Virus record (IMG/VR): IMGVR_UViG_3300043418_000114
Span: 300,248 to 364,247 of that record
DNA length: 64,000 bases
Reading direction: 5' to 3' (one strand)
Shown here piece by piece: positions 52,503-61,162 of this stretch; positions within the stretch are counted from its first letter, which is position 1, and each line of letters starts with the position of its first letter. Made by a program: the position numbers and the translations under genes. The notes under the pieces are model-generated. The model was given only the letters and a program-made list of their open reading frames with translations, did no database searches and was not told the origin of the DNA.

Positions 52503-54279
52503 ATGGTCACGTGGACATATTGGTAGATTTTGGGATTTGAATAGTTTCAAAGAATTCCAATACACCAAGCAACCAGTCACTCAAGAAGAAATCGATGAAT
52601 GGCTAGCCAATGGCTATGATCATGTAAAGAGTTTCACTGGGTCAATGTATGACAGTAGAAACCCAATGCCAGAATGGGTCAATAACTTTGGCGCCATATT
52701 TGGTCATGAGTATATAAATCTAACATACACATTCTATAGAATGTCCACGTTAGAAATAATGCCGACTCACGTGGATCATTATAGAACATATCGAAAGATA
52801 TTCAGTGCAGAATATAAGAATGTGCGAAGAATCTTGGTGATGCTAGAAGATTGGAAGCCTGGACATTATCTAGAGATTAATGGCACTGGCATTGTCAACT
52901 GGGTAGCAGGAGATTATTTCATGTGGGAAGGCGATTGTCCTCATGCCGCTAGTAATATAGGCATAGACGATAGATACACATTGCAAATAACATGTGAACA
53001 AGTAGATAATACTCCAGTGTGGGACGCAGATAGAATATGGAAAAACATTCATTGGTATAACGTGCCTGATCTACGCACTATCAAAGAGTCAACTAGTCCA
53101 ATGATGTCCAGAGTAATTGAGGCATGTGATAATCATAATGGTGATCCATGGATGGTATACATGTACAATGAAAAAATTGCCTCATTGGAACAAATTACCC
53201 ATACTCCAGAAACTGTAGCACACTTGAACGAAAAGGGTTTACAGATATATCTATATGAACCTCTGTGTAGTTACAAAGTAGGTGCCACTCAGTTATATCC
53301 TCCAACGGGAACCAAGCACACTCGATGGTTCTATTCTGAATTTGACGATATCGATCCACAGGATTTGCGTAGTGATGAATTAGATAGTATTCGTGAGTAT
53401 GTCATTAAAAACAAATTAACTAACGTCACTGTTAGAACGTGTGATTATGATGCACATAAATATTACCCTTACTATGCAGAGCATATGAATGTGGTGACAG
53501 ATGACATGTTCCTAAAGACGATCTTTCCTATCACATTGCGTAAGCCTGAATTAGCGAAACACTTCACCAAGCGATTTATATGCTTGAATTGGCGATATAC
53601 TCCACATAGACATTTGATCGCTAGTTATGTAGCAAACAAGAATAGTTTAACTGGCTGGTATTTCAAGGGCGATGTATTTACCATTCACAAGAATGTATGG
53701 TACAACATATATGAGTGGGAAAACAAAAACCCAACTGCATTTCAGGGAGTGCTCCAAGGTTTATCATATATCAATACACACGCTCCATTGAACGTTGATT
53801 TAGATATCGAAGATGCTGTACTGATTACTGATCCATATTTCATGGATTATTGGCCTAAGTCCAAAACGCTTACATCAGGAGTAACTCCGTCAAATACAAA
53901 TCCAGAAACAAACGTCTTGGAGAAGTTTTACAATGATGTGTTTTGTGATATTGTCAATGAAACTAGATTTGCACAACCCACTGGCAATTATAGTGAGAAA
54001 ACATATCAAGCAATGTATTACTTAAAGCCATTTGTATTATGTGCGCCGCCCCATACTCTGAAATATCTAAAAGAGCAGGGGTTTAAAACGTTCAGTGATT
54101 TCTGGGATGAATCATATGATGAATGTGAAAATCACGAGCAACGATTGTTTAAGATATTCGAAGTGATAGATTTCATCAATGGAAAATCAATGAATGAACT
54201 AAGAGAAATGTACGCCAAAATGAGTGATATTTTGGAACACAATAAAGAATTATTGAATAAGAAAGTTATTCCTGTATGA
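52495..54279 (+). CDS. Fusion of an N-terminal 2OG-Fe(II)/cupin-like oxygenase domain and a C-terminal 'ET...SEK...KPF' domain
   Basis: HVD...H...R (PTHVDHY...CPHAASN...RYTLQIT); the C-terminal half resembles 41607-42917. Confidence 0.55.
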   Translation: MHKWSRGHIGRFWDLNSFKEFQYTKQPVTQEEIDEWLANGYDHVKSFTGSMYDSRNPMPEWVNNFGAIFGHEYINLTYTFYRMSTLEIMPTHVDHYRTYRKIFSAEYKNVRRILVMLEDWKPGHYLEINGTGIVNWVAGDYFMWEGDCPHAASNIGIDDRYTLQITCEQVDNTPVWDADRIWKNIHWYNVPDLRTIKESTSPMMSRVIEACDNHNGDPWMVYMYNEKIASLEQITHTPETVAHLNEKGLQIYLYEPLCSYKVGATQLYPPTGTKHTRWFYSEFDDIDPQDLRSDELDSIREYVIKNKLTNVTVRTCDYDAHKYYPYYAEHMNVVTDDMFLKTIFPITLRKPELAKHFTKRFICLNWRYTPHRHLIASYVANKNSLTGWYFKGDVFTIHKNVWYNIYEWENKNPTAFQGVLQGLSYINTHAPLNVDLDIEDAVLITDPYFMDYWPKSKTLTSGVTPSNTNPETNVLEKFYNDVFCDIVNETRFAQPTGNYSEKTYQAMYYLKPFVLCAPPHTLKYLKEQGFKTFSDFWDESYDECENHEQRLFKIFEVIDFINGKSMNELREMYAKMSDILEHNKELLNKKVIPV

Positions 54280-55028
54280 AGAAAAAGATATTTTTAATAG
54301 CTGGTTGCAGTCACGCCGCTGGCAGTGAGATAGATGGCACAGAAGATAGTGAGTACAATCGTCATCATTGTTTTGGTAGCGTACTAGCAAACAGATTGGG
54401 ATATTATCCAATCAACTTAGCGATTGCAGGTAACTCAAATAGCGGTATAGCTAGAAGTGTATTGAAATGGTTTGAAGCAAACTATAATCCAGATGAAATG
54501 GAAGTGTTTGTGTCAATTACATGGACAGACAGTTCTAGATTCGAAGCTCCTGTAGAGCGTCCAGTCAATCTACCTGAGCCTATATGTGCAAATTGGGTAG
54601 ATATTACAGCTAGAAGTTTTTATAGAATAACTATGGGTTATAAAGGTTGTGATGCTATTCCAGGTGAAGTCGAAATGACCAAACGCATTCATCGATTTGT
54701 CGCCGAGAATGAACGATTTATGGAAATACTTTCCATGAACTATGTGTTACAAATGCAATACTTCTTGAATTCCAAAAACGTCAAGTATGTTATGTCTAAT
54801 AGTATGCCAATGTATTATGGCAATCACGAGCATCTTGGTTTCTATATGAGTTTGGTAGACGCAACTAAATATTATGGATTGTATAACACAAACGAGGCAT
54901 TCTTTCTTAAATACCAACAAGAAGGATATGTAAACAAAAAGGCAAAGTATTGGCATCATGACGAAACCCCGCATGAGCTATTTGCGGATGAGTTATACAA
55001 TTTTATCGAGAACAACAAATGTTTATAA
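54276..55028 (+). CDS. SGNH/GDSL-like protein
   Basis: AGCSHAAG, NLAIAGNSN and C-terminal YWHHDE. Confidence 0.55.
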   Translation: MKKKIFLIAGCSHAAGSEIDGTEDSEYNRHHCFGSVLANRLGYYPINLAIAGNSNSGIARSVLKWFEANYNPDEMEVFVSITWTDSSRFEAPVERPVNLPEPICANWVDITARSFYRITMGYKGCDAIPGEVEMTKRIHRFVAENERFMEILSMNYVLQMQYFLNSKNVKYVMSNSMPMYYGNHEHLGFYMSLVDATKYYGLYNTNEAFFLKYQQEGYVNKKAKYWHHDETPHELFADELYNFIENNKCL

Positions 55029-55117
55029 TCAACTTTTTCAAGAACTTAGTGCGAGAATACAAGTATCGCAAACGCATTAAAGAATTACGCAAACGAGATC
55101 CATTCATCTACAAATGA
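55019..55117 (+). CDS. 32-aa basic peptide (MFIINFFKNLVREYKYRKRIKELRKRDPFIYK), absent from the ORF track
   Basis: Fills the gap exactly; overlaps the upstream gene and is ATGA-coupled to the carbamoyltransferase. Confidence 0.7.
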   Translation: MFIINFFKNLVREYKYRKRIKELRKRDPFIYK

Positions 55118-56592
55118 AATATCTAGGAATCTCAGCAGGCTTTCATGATGCCGCGGTTAGCGTCACCGATGATAATGGCAATATCTTATTTGCAGGTCAT
55201 AGTGAACGCTACAGCAAAATCAAACATGACAAGAATCTATGTCCTGGTATCATCCAGGATGCATTGTCGTATATAGGCAATGAAGACTACGAAGTTCATT
55301 ATTATGAGCGTCCTTGGCTAAAAACACTACGTCAAATTCGTTCTGGAGAACCACTTACTAGTATTTTTGCTAGTAATATCATTGGCAAAGACATTCATAG
55401 AATGCTAGGTCTAAGAAAGATTCACACTCATAATCACCATTTGTCACATGTTGCGTCTGGTTTTCAAACTAGCCCATTTGAAGATGCTACGGTGGTCGTG
55501 ATTGACGCTATTGGTGAGTTTGATACTGTCACAATTTGGGATGCACGTTACGAGAACGGCAAAGCTAAGTACAAGAAATTGTACAGCGTTAAATACCCAG
55601 ATTCGATAGGCTTGTTCTATTCAGCAATGACAGAACGAGTTGGTCTAAGACCGCTAGACGAAGAATACATTCTAATGGGAATGGCGGCATACGGCAAGCC
55701 TATCTATTACTCCGAAATGCATAGTGAATTGCTTGATTCTAGTTTAGACTTACGTTTTAAAAACAATTTGCATACTGGTGTTGGTAAAGAGTTTCTAGCA
55801 GATGCCGATGACATGGACATTGCGGCCAGTGCCCAAGTATTAGTAGAGCACCTAATTCAAAACGTGATGCACAAAGCTAGTATCTATGGCAAGAGCAAGA
55901 ATCTTGTTTATGGCGGCGGGGTAGCATTGAATTGTTTGGCTAATAGACTGATAGGAAAATACTTTGAAGATATTTGGATTATGCCTAATCCTGGTGACGC
56001 CGGTAATAGCCTCGGGGCTTGCGCTTTGGGCTATGGGAGAAAACTTAACTGGGATAATGCTTATCTCGGTCATGATATTCGAGGCCCTTATCCTAGTAAT
56101 GACATTGTTACTGAGTTACTTACTCGAAAAATTGTGGGAGTGGCATCCGGGAGAGCCGAGTTCGGGCCCCGCGCACTCGGAAACCGTAGCCTCCTTGCGG
56201 ACCCTAGAGGCGGCAAAATTAAGGAGACAGTAAATGAAATTAAACGTAGACAACAATTCAGACCATTTGCGCCAGTCATTCTGGAAGAAATGGTTGATGA
56301 TTACTTTATTATGCCTGACGGTTGGCGTGATAGTAGGTATATGCAAGTCATCGCTACTTGTAGGTATCCTGAGTTATTTCCTGCTATCGTTCATGCTGAC
56401 GGCACTTCTCGTGTCCAGACTGTGCCAAAAGATGGAAGCGGAATCAGAGAACTCCTTGAAAAGTGGTATGTAATGACTGAATGTCCGATTCTACTCAACA
56501 CGAGTTTGAACATTCGAGGCGAGCCTATGGTCAATGACCGCAGTGATGCAGACAGATTTGAAAAACAATACAACGTTAAAGTGATATCATGA
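55114..56592 (+). CDS. O-carbamoyltransferase (NodU/CmcH/TobZ family)
   Basis: LGISAGFHDAAV, ERYS..KHD, HHLSH, DAIGE, MGMAAYG, GGVALNC.AN, EFGPRALGNRSLLADP, FRPFAP, HADGTSRVQTV and LNTSLN. Confidence 0.93.
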   Translation: MKYLGISAGFHDAAVSVTDDNGNILFAGHSERYSKIKHDKNLCPGIIQDALSYIGNEDYEVHYYERPWLKTLRQIRSGEPLTSIFASNIIGKDIHRMLGLRKIHTHNHHLSHVASGFQTSPFEDATVVVIDAIGEFDTVTIWDARYENGKAKYKKLYSVKYPDSIGLFYSAMTERVGLRPLDEEYILMGMAAYGKPIYYSEMHSELLDSSLDLRFKNNLHTGVGKEFLADADDMDIAASAQVLVEHLIQNVMHKASIYGKSKNLVYGGGVALNCLANRLIGKYFEDIWIMPNPGDAGNSLGACALGYGRKLNWDNAYLGHDIRGPYPSNDIVTELLTRKIVGVASGRAEFGPRALGNRSLLADPRGGKIKETVNEIKRRQQFRPFAPVILEEMVDDYFIMPDGWRDSRYMQVIATCRYPELFPAIVHADGTSRVQTVPKDGSGIRELLEKWYVMTECPILLNTSLNIRGEPMVNDRSDADRFEKQYNVKVIS

Positions 56593-57356
56593 TGAATGAT
56601 ACTATAGTCGTATGTGGCGATAGTTTTATGTCTCCTGTTATTGGTAAATATGCAAATACACACTTTTCAGAACTACTAGCAAAAAAACTAGGGTATGAAT
56701 TAGTTTGCCTATCACGTGGCGGCGCAAGCAATGGTGCTATATGCCTACAGATAACAGAGGCCATTAAATTAAAGCCAAGTCTGATTTTATATGGCATTAC
56801 ATCATCGGACAGAATAGAAGTCAATGCCACTAGTGATCCATATCATTCGTTGAATCGTCCAATAGACATTCGTGATGTAATATATTCACATTCAAGTAGT
56901 CTTAGTTCACGGGACAACTCACTCAATATCACTGCAACATTAATTAGTGATACGTTACTTCCAATGTTAGATACAGCACATCCATCAAATATCAAAACAG
57001 CTTATGCTAGTGTAAAGGATATTGATATGAAAGCAGATGCAATCAAACAGTGGTTTACTCATATGTATCATGCGGAATGGAAACGACAGCAGGATTCTTG
57101 GATGTTATACGCTGTTGTACATTTATTGCATTCTAGTGGAATTCCATATGTAAAAGTTCATGATTTGATGCAAGATACTGTGCCTACACCAGAGTGGTCG
57201 ACCGTACCAGGCGTGGTCGTAGATAACGAATTGTTTCCTGTAATATATGATCCTAGTCCTGATGCACCAATGTATCACACATCACCCGAATCGCAATTAA
57301 TAATCCTAGAAAAGATTGAGAAAATCTTAGCTGACACCTATAACATTCATAAGTAA
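56589..57356 (+). CDS. SGNH/GDSL-like protein
   Basis: CGDSF, RGGASN and C-terminal MYHT. Confidence 0.5.
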   Translation: MMNDTIVVCGDSFMSPVIGKYANTHFSELLAKKLGYELVCLSRGGASNGAICLQITEAIKLKPSLILYGITSSDRIEVNATSDPYHSLNRPIDIRDVIYSHSSSLSSRDNSLNITATLISDTLLPMLDTAHPSNIKTAYASVKDIDMKADAIKQWFTHMYHAEWKRQQDSWMLYAVVHLLHSSGIPYVKVHDLMQDTVPTPEWSTVPGVVVDNELFPVIYDPSPDAPMYHTSPESQLIILEKIEKILADTYNIHK

Positions 57357-57361
57357 CATAT

Positions 57362-60300
57362 ATGCTAAGAGATGTATTTTATTATGGGAAGAAACCTAAC
57401 GTTCATCCCAGAGAAAAGTTTGCAATAAATTTAGATGATGCCAAGCGGCAATCATCCACTGAACACTTCTGGATCATAAACGAGTTTTGTGACTATAAGG
57501 GATTTGACTGGGACTTTGATTTTGAATTCTTGCCTGACGAAGATGTGTGGGCAGAAGAACACAATAACGTATGGCCAAGTGTACATCAAAAAGATAGTGG
57601 CACGTGGCTATGCAACACTGATAACAACGAAGCATTGACAATTTATCGTGCCGATGTTGAACCACTAAAGCGTAAAAAAGAAGCATTCGATCACTGGGTA
57701 GTTAACTATGCTATCACAGATGGGTTTGATTTTTCATGGCATCATGACCCGTCAGATCCACCATTCATTTATGTTTGGGGTAATCAATTTTACCCTGGGA
57801 CAGTTATGCCAACAGTTGAATATCATGTTGAAGGCGCAACTGAACGCAAATACATGGATTTGTTTGTGCCTACATTAGCACAGAACAAAGATAGATTCGA
57901 AGTACTAGACGATATTGAAGATTTTGATTATAGTTGGATGCCAGATCCAACTAGTCCACCCTACATTTACGTATGGGGCAATCAATGGAACTCAGCAGAA
58001 GATAAAGCGGCTATAAAATATACAGTCGAGGGCGCGACTGAATACAAGTATATGGCTACACGTGCAAAACGTAGAGCTAATATGCAGTATTGGACCGTGC
58101 CGGATAATGTTGATGTTAGTGATTTCGATTTTAGTTGGGAACCTAACCCTCATGATCCACCATTCGTGTATCAATTCGGCACTCAGCACCAACGCACGGG
58201 TGGCCCTGTTTATACTATTCCAGGAGCAACAGAAGTTAAGTACGTTGATGTAATTCATGCAATGGCTCCTGTTGATATGACATATTGGCACGTGCCAGAC
58301 AATCTAAAAATAGTTGACTTCGACTTCTCATGGCATCCAGATGCACTAGACGGGCCATACATTTATGTTTTTGGAACACAATGGGCACTGACTGGTGGTC
58401 CAAAATACGTAGTGCCAGGCGCAGATCAAAAGAAGTACATTGATGCAATCATTGCCACTGTGCCACCAAACCTAGCTAACTGGGAAATTCCTACTGATAT
58501 TGCAGTAGATGAATTTGATTTCTCATGGCATCCATACGAAGATGATGAGCCCTACATCTATCAGTTTGGCACTCAGTGGCAGAAGACTGGCGGCCCACGT
58601 TACGTTACACCTGGTACTGATGAAATGTCTCCCATCAAATATGTAGACACTCGCATTATCAAAGCTAGAAAACTTCCTAAGCGTGATAACTGGACAGTGC
58701 CAGATACCATTGAAGAAGACAGTATTGATTTCTCATGGCATCCTGATGACACTGAACCAGCATTTGAGTATCAGTTTGGTACTCAATGGCAGAAGACAGA
58801 TGGTCCAGTTTACACCGTGCCAGGTGCAACACAATCTAAGTTTGTATCAGTCAACAAAGCACGTATCAAACCTAACATGAGTAATTGGCAATTGCCAGAG
58901 GGACTTGATGCTAAGAAGTTTGACTTTTCATGGCACCCTGACAGCACAGTTCCTGTATATGTTTACCAGTTCGGTACATTACTAGATGATATTCACCTAG
59001 AAGACGGCCCACGTTATGTAACACCTGGCAATGATGGTCATGTTGTGTACATGGAAAACGACGAGATTCTTACTGATGCCATCGAATATCCAAAGTACTA
59101 TATCACAACTACATTAGATGATTTGATTCAGCAACACAAAGATGAAACATTCTGGGCGTTACGTGAAAACATTGATTACGCTGATTTTGATTTTGCATGG
59201 AGACCTACGAAAGAAAACGTCTTCCACATTAACGCATTTGGTTCACCTGATAGCGAATCAACTCAGTCATATCTTGTCAATGGCAAGATGATTCAGCAAG
59301 GTCATTCTCATATCAATTTCATCGAGAATATTAAGCTAGACGAAGAATACTTGGCCAAATTGTTTAAGCCAGTTAGTATGTTCTTTGTTGATCGTGGTAA
59401 CAGTGAAACCCAAGAACGATTTGATAGATTGAAGCTACGTTTCCCTGACATTCAAAAGACTAGATTCTTGAACACATGGGTAGATACAATCAACCGTTGT
59501 ATCAATCGTAGTTCAACTGAATTGTGCTGGATTCTGAACAGCGAACTTGACTATAGCGATTTCAACTTTGAGTACTATCCTAATCCATGGCAAATGAAAA
59601 TGGTCCACGTGTTTGGTACTCAATGGTCTCATTGGGGCACAACGTTTATGGTCAATCGTGATTCGTTTGCAGAAGATACCAAGTACATTAAAGTCATTGA
59701 ACACTTGAGTAACTTGAACTTTGTAAAGAATCGCAGAGCAAAGGCCACTAACGTTCTATATGACGTTATCTACATTGATCATGGCACTACCGATATTACT
59801 CCTGGCACAAACGTAATTGTGTATGAAGATAGCTATCTCACAACGTTCAAAAAGATGTTGGAGAAGTTACCTACAAAGAAAGAACACTATGTTTGGGTTT
59901 GCTCAAGCGTATGTGATTATGCTGACTTTGATTTCACTTACATTTGTGATCCATTTGCACGTGAGCAATTGCACGTATTCCCTAGTGACAAACAAAAGTT
60001 TGGCGATACATTCTTAATCAACGTAAACAAGTTGCGTGAGTTGATTACGGACATGGAGAAACTAGAAGATTACGAAAAGATCAGCTATAACCAGCACCAA
60101 AGAGCAAAGCGATTGCCTGCTCCAACTATAATTACAAAGGAAGATACACATGTCTCTACTATTCACACTGATTTTAATTGGCCTTATGCTACGTTTGTCA
60201 CGGAAGACAACGCCGAAATAGAATCTGTTTACTCAGAACCAATGAGCCTATGGGCACCTGAACACAAGAATATCACAATCACCAGTACCGGCGGCACTCG

Positions 60301-61066
60301 CATTGTTGTACCGCGTGAGGCCAAAGAACATGTTAAGCGTGAATTGTATGATTACCCATACATCATCACCAATAGTAAATTGGCTAAGTCTACACCAATG
60401 GACATTGTATTCTTGTCGAACGGCGAGACAGGAGCAGAGGAAAACTATGAGCATTTGTTGAAAACAACACATGGATTAGCCAATCGTGTTGTTCGAGTCG
60501 ATGGAGTTAAAGGTCGTGTTCAAGCGTATCATGCCGCACTTGAAGCAAGTAACACACCTTGGGCTTTCACAGTCTTTGCGAAGTTAAAAGTCAGTAACAA
60601 ATTTGATTGGAACTGGCAACCAGATAGACTACAGATTCCTAAGCATTATGTATTTCATGCTAAGAATCCGGTGAACGGACTAGTCTATGGTCACCAAGCA
60701 ATGATTGCCTATAACAAGAAACTTACACTTGCCAATCAAGGCAAAGGTCTAGACTTTACAATGGACGATGAACATGAAGTTGTTGAAATTGTCTCAGGTG
60801 TTGCAAACTTTAATACTGATGAATGGTCAACCTGGCGTACTGCATTCCGTGAAGCACTCAAACTACGTGCTAACACAGACGAAGTAAGTAAGAATAGACT
60901 AGAGTTTTGGCTAACAGTTGGGTCAGGTAAGTTCTCTCAGTATAGTATTGATGGAGCATCTGACGCAGTTAAGTACTATGAGGAAGTCAATGGAGATTTT
61001 GAGAAATTGAAGTTGAGTTATGAATGGGAATGGCTACGCGAATTCTATCAGCGCAAGTATAAATAA
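57362..61066 (+). CDS. 1234-aa repeat protein with a C-terminal glycosyltransferase-like domain
   Basis: Seven tandem ~66-aa FDFSWxP repeats; C-terminal DIVFLSNGE..A..N, RVDGVKGR..AYH, NPVNGLVYG and WRTAFRE motifs shared with 34489-35445. Confidence 0.65.
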   Translation: MLRDVFYYGKKPNVHPREKFAINLDDAKRQSSTEHFWIINEFCDYKGFDWDFDFEFLPDEDVWAEEHNNVWPSVHQKDSGTWLCNTDNNEALTIYRADVEPLKRKKEAFDHWVVNYAITDGFDFSWHHDPSDPPFIYVWGNQFYPGTVMPTVEYHVEGATERKYMDLFVPTLAQNKDRFEVLDDIEDFDYSWMPDPTSPPYIYVWGNQWNSAEDKAAIKYTVEGATEYKYMATRAKRRANMQYWTVPDNVDVSDFDFSWEPNPHDPPFVYQFGTQHQRTGGPVYTIPGATEVKYVDVIHAMAPVDMTYWHVPDNLKIVDFDFSWHPDALDGPYIYVFGTQWALTGGPKYVVPGADQKKYIDAIIATVPPNLANWEIPTDIAVDEFDFSWHPYEDDEPYIYQFGTQWQKTGGPRYVTPGTDEMSPIKYVDTRIIKARKLPKRDNWTVPDTIEEDSIDFSWHPDDTEPAFEYQFGTQWQKTDGPVYTVPGATQSKFVSVNKARIKPNMSNWQLPEGLDAKKFDFSWHPDSTVPVYVYQFGTLLDDIHLEDGPRYVTPGNDGHVVYMENDEILTDAIEYPKYYITTTLDDLIQQHKDETFWALRENIDYADFDFAWRPTKENVFHINAFGSPDSESTQSYLVNGKMIQQGHSHINFIENIKLDEEYLAKLFKPVSMFFVDRGNSETQERFDRLKLRFPDIQKTRFLNTWVDTINRCINRSSTELCWILNSELDYSDFNFEYYPNPWQMKMVHVFGTQWSHWGTTFMVNRDSFAEDTKYIKVIEHLSNLNFVKNRRAKATNVLYDVIYIDHGTTDITPGTNVIVYEDSYLTTFKKMLEKLPTKKEHYVWVCSSVCDYADFDFTYICDPFAREQLHVFPSDKQKFGDTFLINVNKLRELITDMEKLEDYEKISYNQHQRAKRLPAPTIITKEDTHVSTIHTDFNWPYATFVTEDNAEIESVYSEPMSLWAPEHKNITITSTGGTRIVVPREAKEHVKRELYDYPYIITNSKLAKSTPMDIVFLSNGETGAEENYEHLLKTTHGLANRVVRVDGVKGRVQAYHAALEASNTPWAFTVFAKLKVSNKFDWNWQPDRLQIPKHYVFHAKNPVNGLVYGHQAMIAYNKKLTLANQGKGLDFTMDDEHEVVEIVSGVANFNTDEWSTWRTAFREALKLRANTDEVSKNRLEFWLTVGSGKFSQYSIDGASDAVKYYEEVNGDFEKLKLSYEWEWLREFYQRKYK
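57695..59070 (+). repeat. Seven tandem ~200-nt coding repeats (W.VP....FDFSWHPD...PYIYQFGTQWQKTGGP.Y.VPGA...KY)
   Basis: Visible in the protein, and in the DNA as recurring tt(c/t)tcatggca and tttggcactcagtggcagaagac-like strings; boundaries are approximate. Confidence 0.85.
61058..61065 (+). promoter_or_regulatory. Perfect T4 late promoter box TATAAATA
   Basis: Exact consensus, 4 nt upstream of ATG 61070. Confidence 0.7.
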
Positions 61067-61069
61067 TTG

Positions 61070-61162
61070 ATGATATACTTTTGGATAATTATCGCCGTCG
61101 TTGTTGGAGCTGGCATCTACTGGCTCATGGACTGGCAATCACATCACGAGGACGGTGAATAA
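61070..61162 (+). CDS. 30-aa single-pass membrane peptide (MIYFWIIIAVVVGAGIYWLMDWQSHHEDGE), absent from the ORF track
   Basis: Fills the gap exactly; has a ~19-residue hydrophobic stretch and an acidic tail; late box upstream. Confidence 0.6.
   Translation: MIYFWIIIAVVVGAGIYWLMDWQSHHEDGE

Noticed and set aside
35445-55117. RiPP biosynthetic cluster interpretation
   Set aside because: I see no convincing precursor with leader/core structure, RRE domain, peptidase or exporter; the sugar-nucleotide enzymes and GTs point to glycan chemistry.
56135-56215. GC-rich patch with a short CCGAGT/ACTCGG inverted repeat inside the carbamoyltransferase
   Set aside because: It coincides with the conserved GRAEFGPRALGNRSLLADP motif, which needs GC-rich codons; the stem is too short to support a structured element.
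57695-59070. Periodic DNA repeats as a CRISPR array or a DGR template/variable repeat pair
   Set aside because: The repeats are in-frame, ~200 nt and degenerate at synonymous sites; there are no spacers, cas genes or reverse transcriptase.
1-61066. Genome-wide alternative genetic code (TAG reassigned)
   Set aside because: The standard code already gives near-complete coding density, including an 18-kb ORF; only one in-frame TAG case was found.
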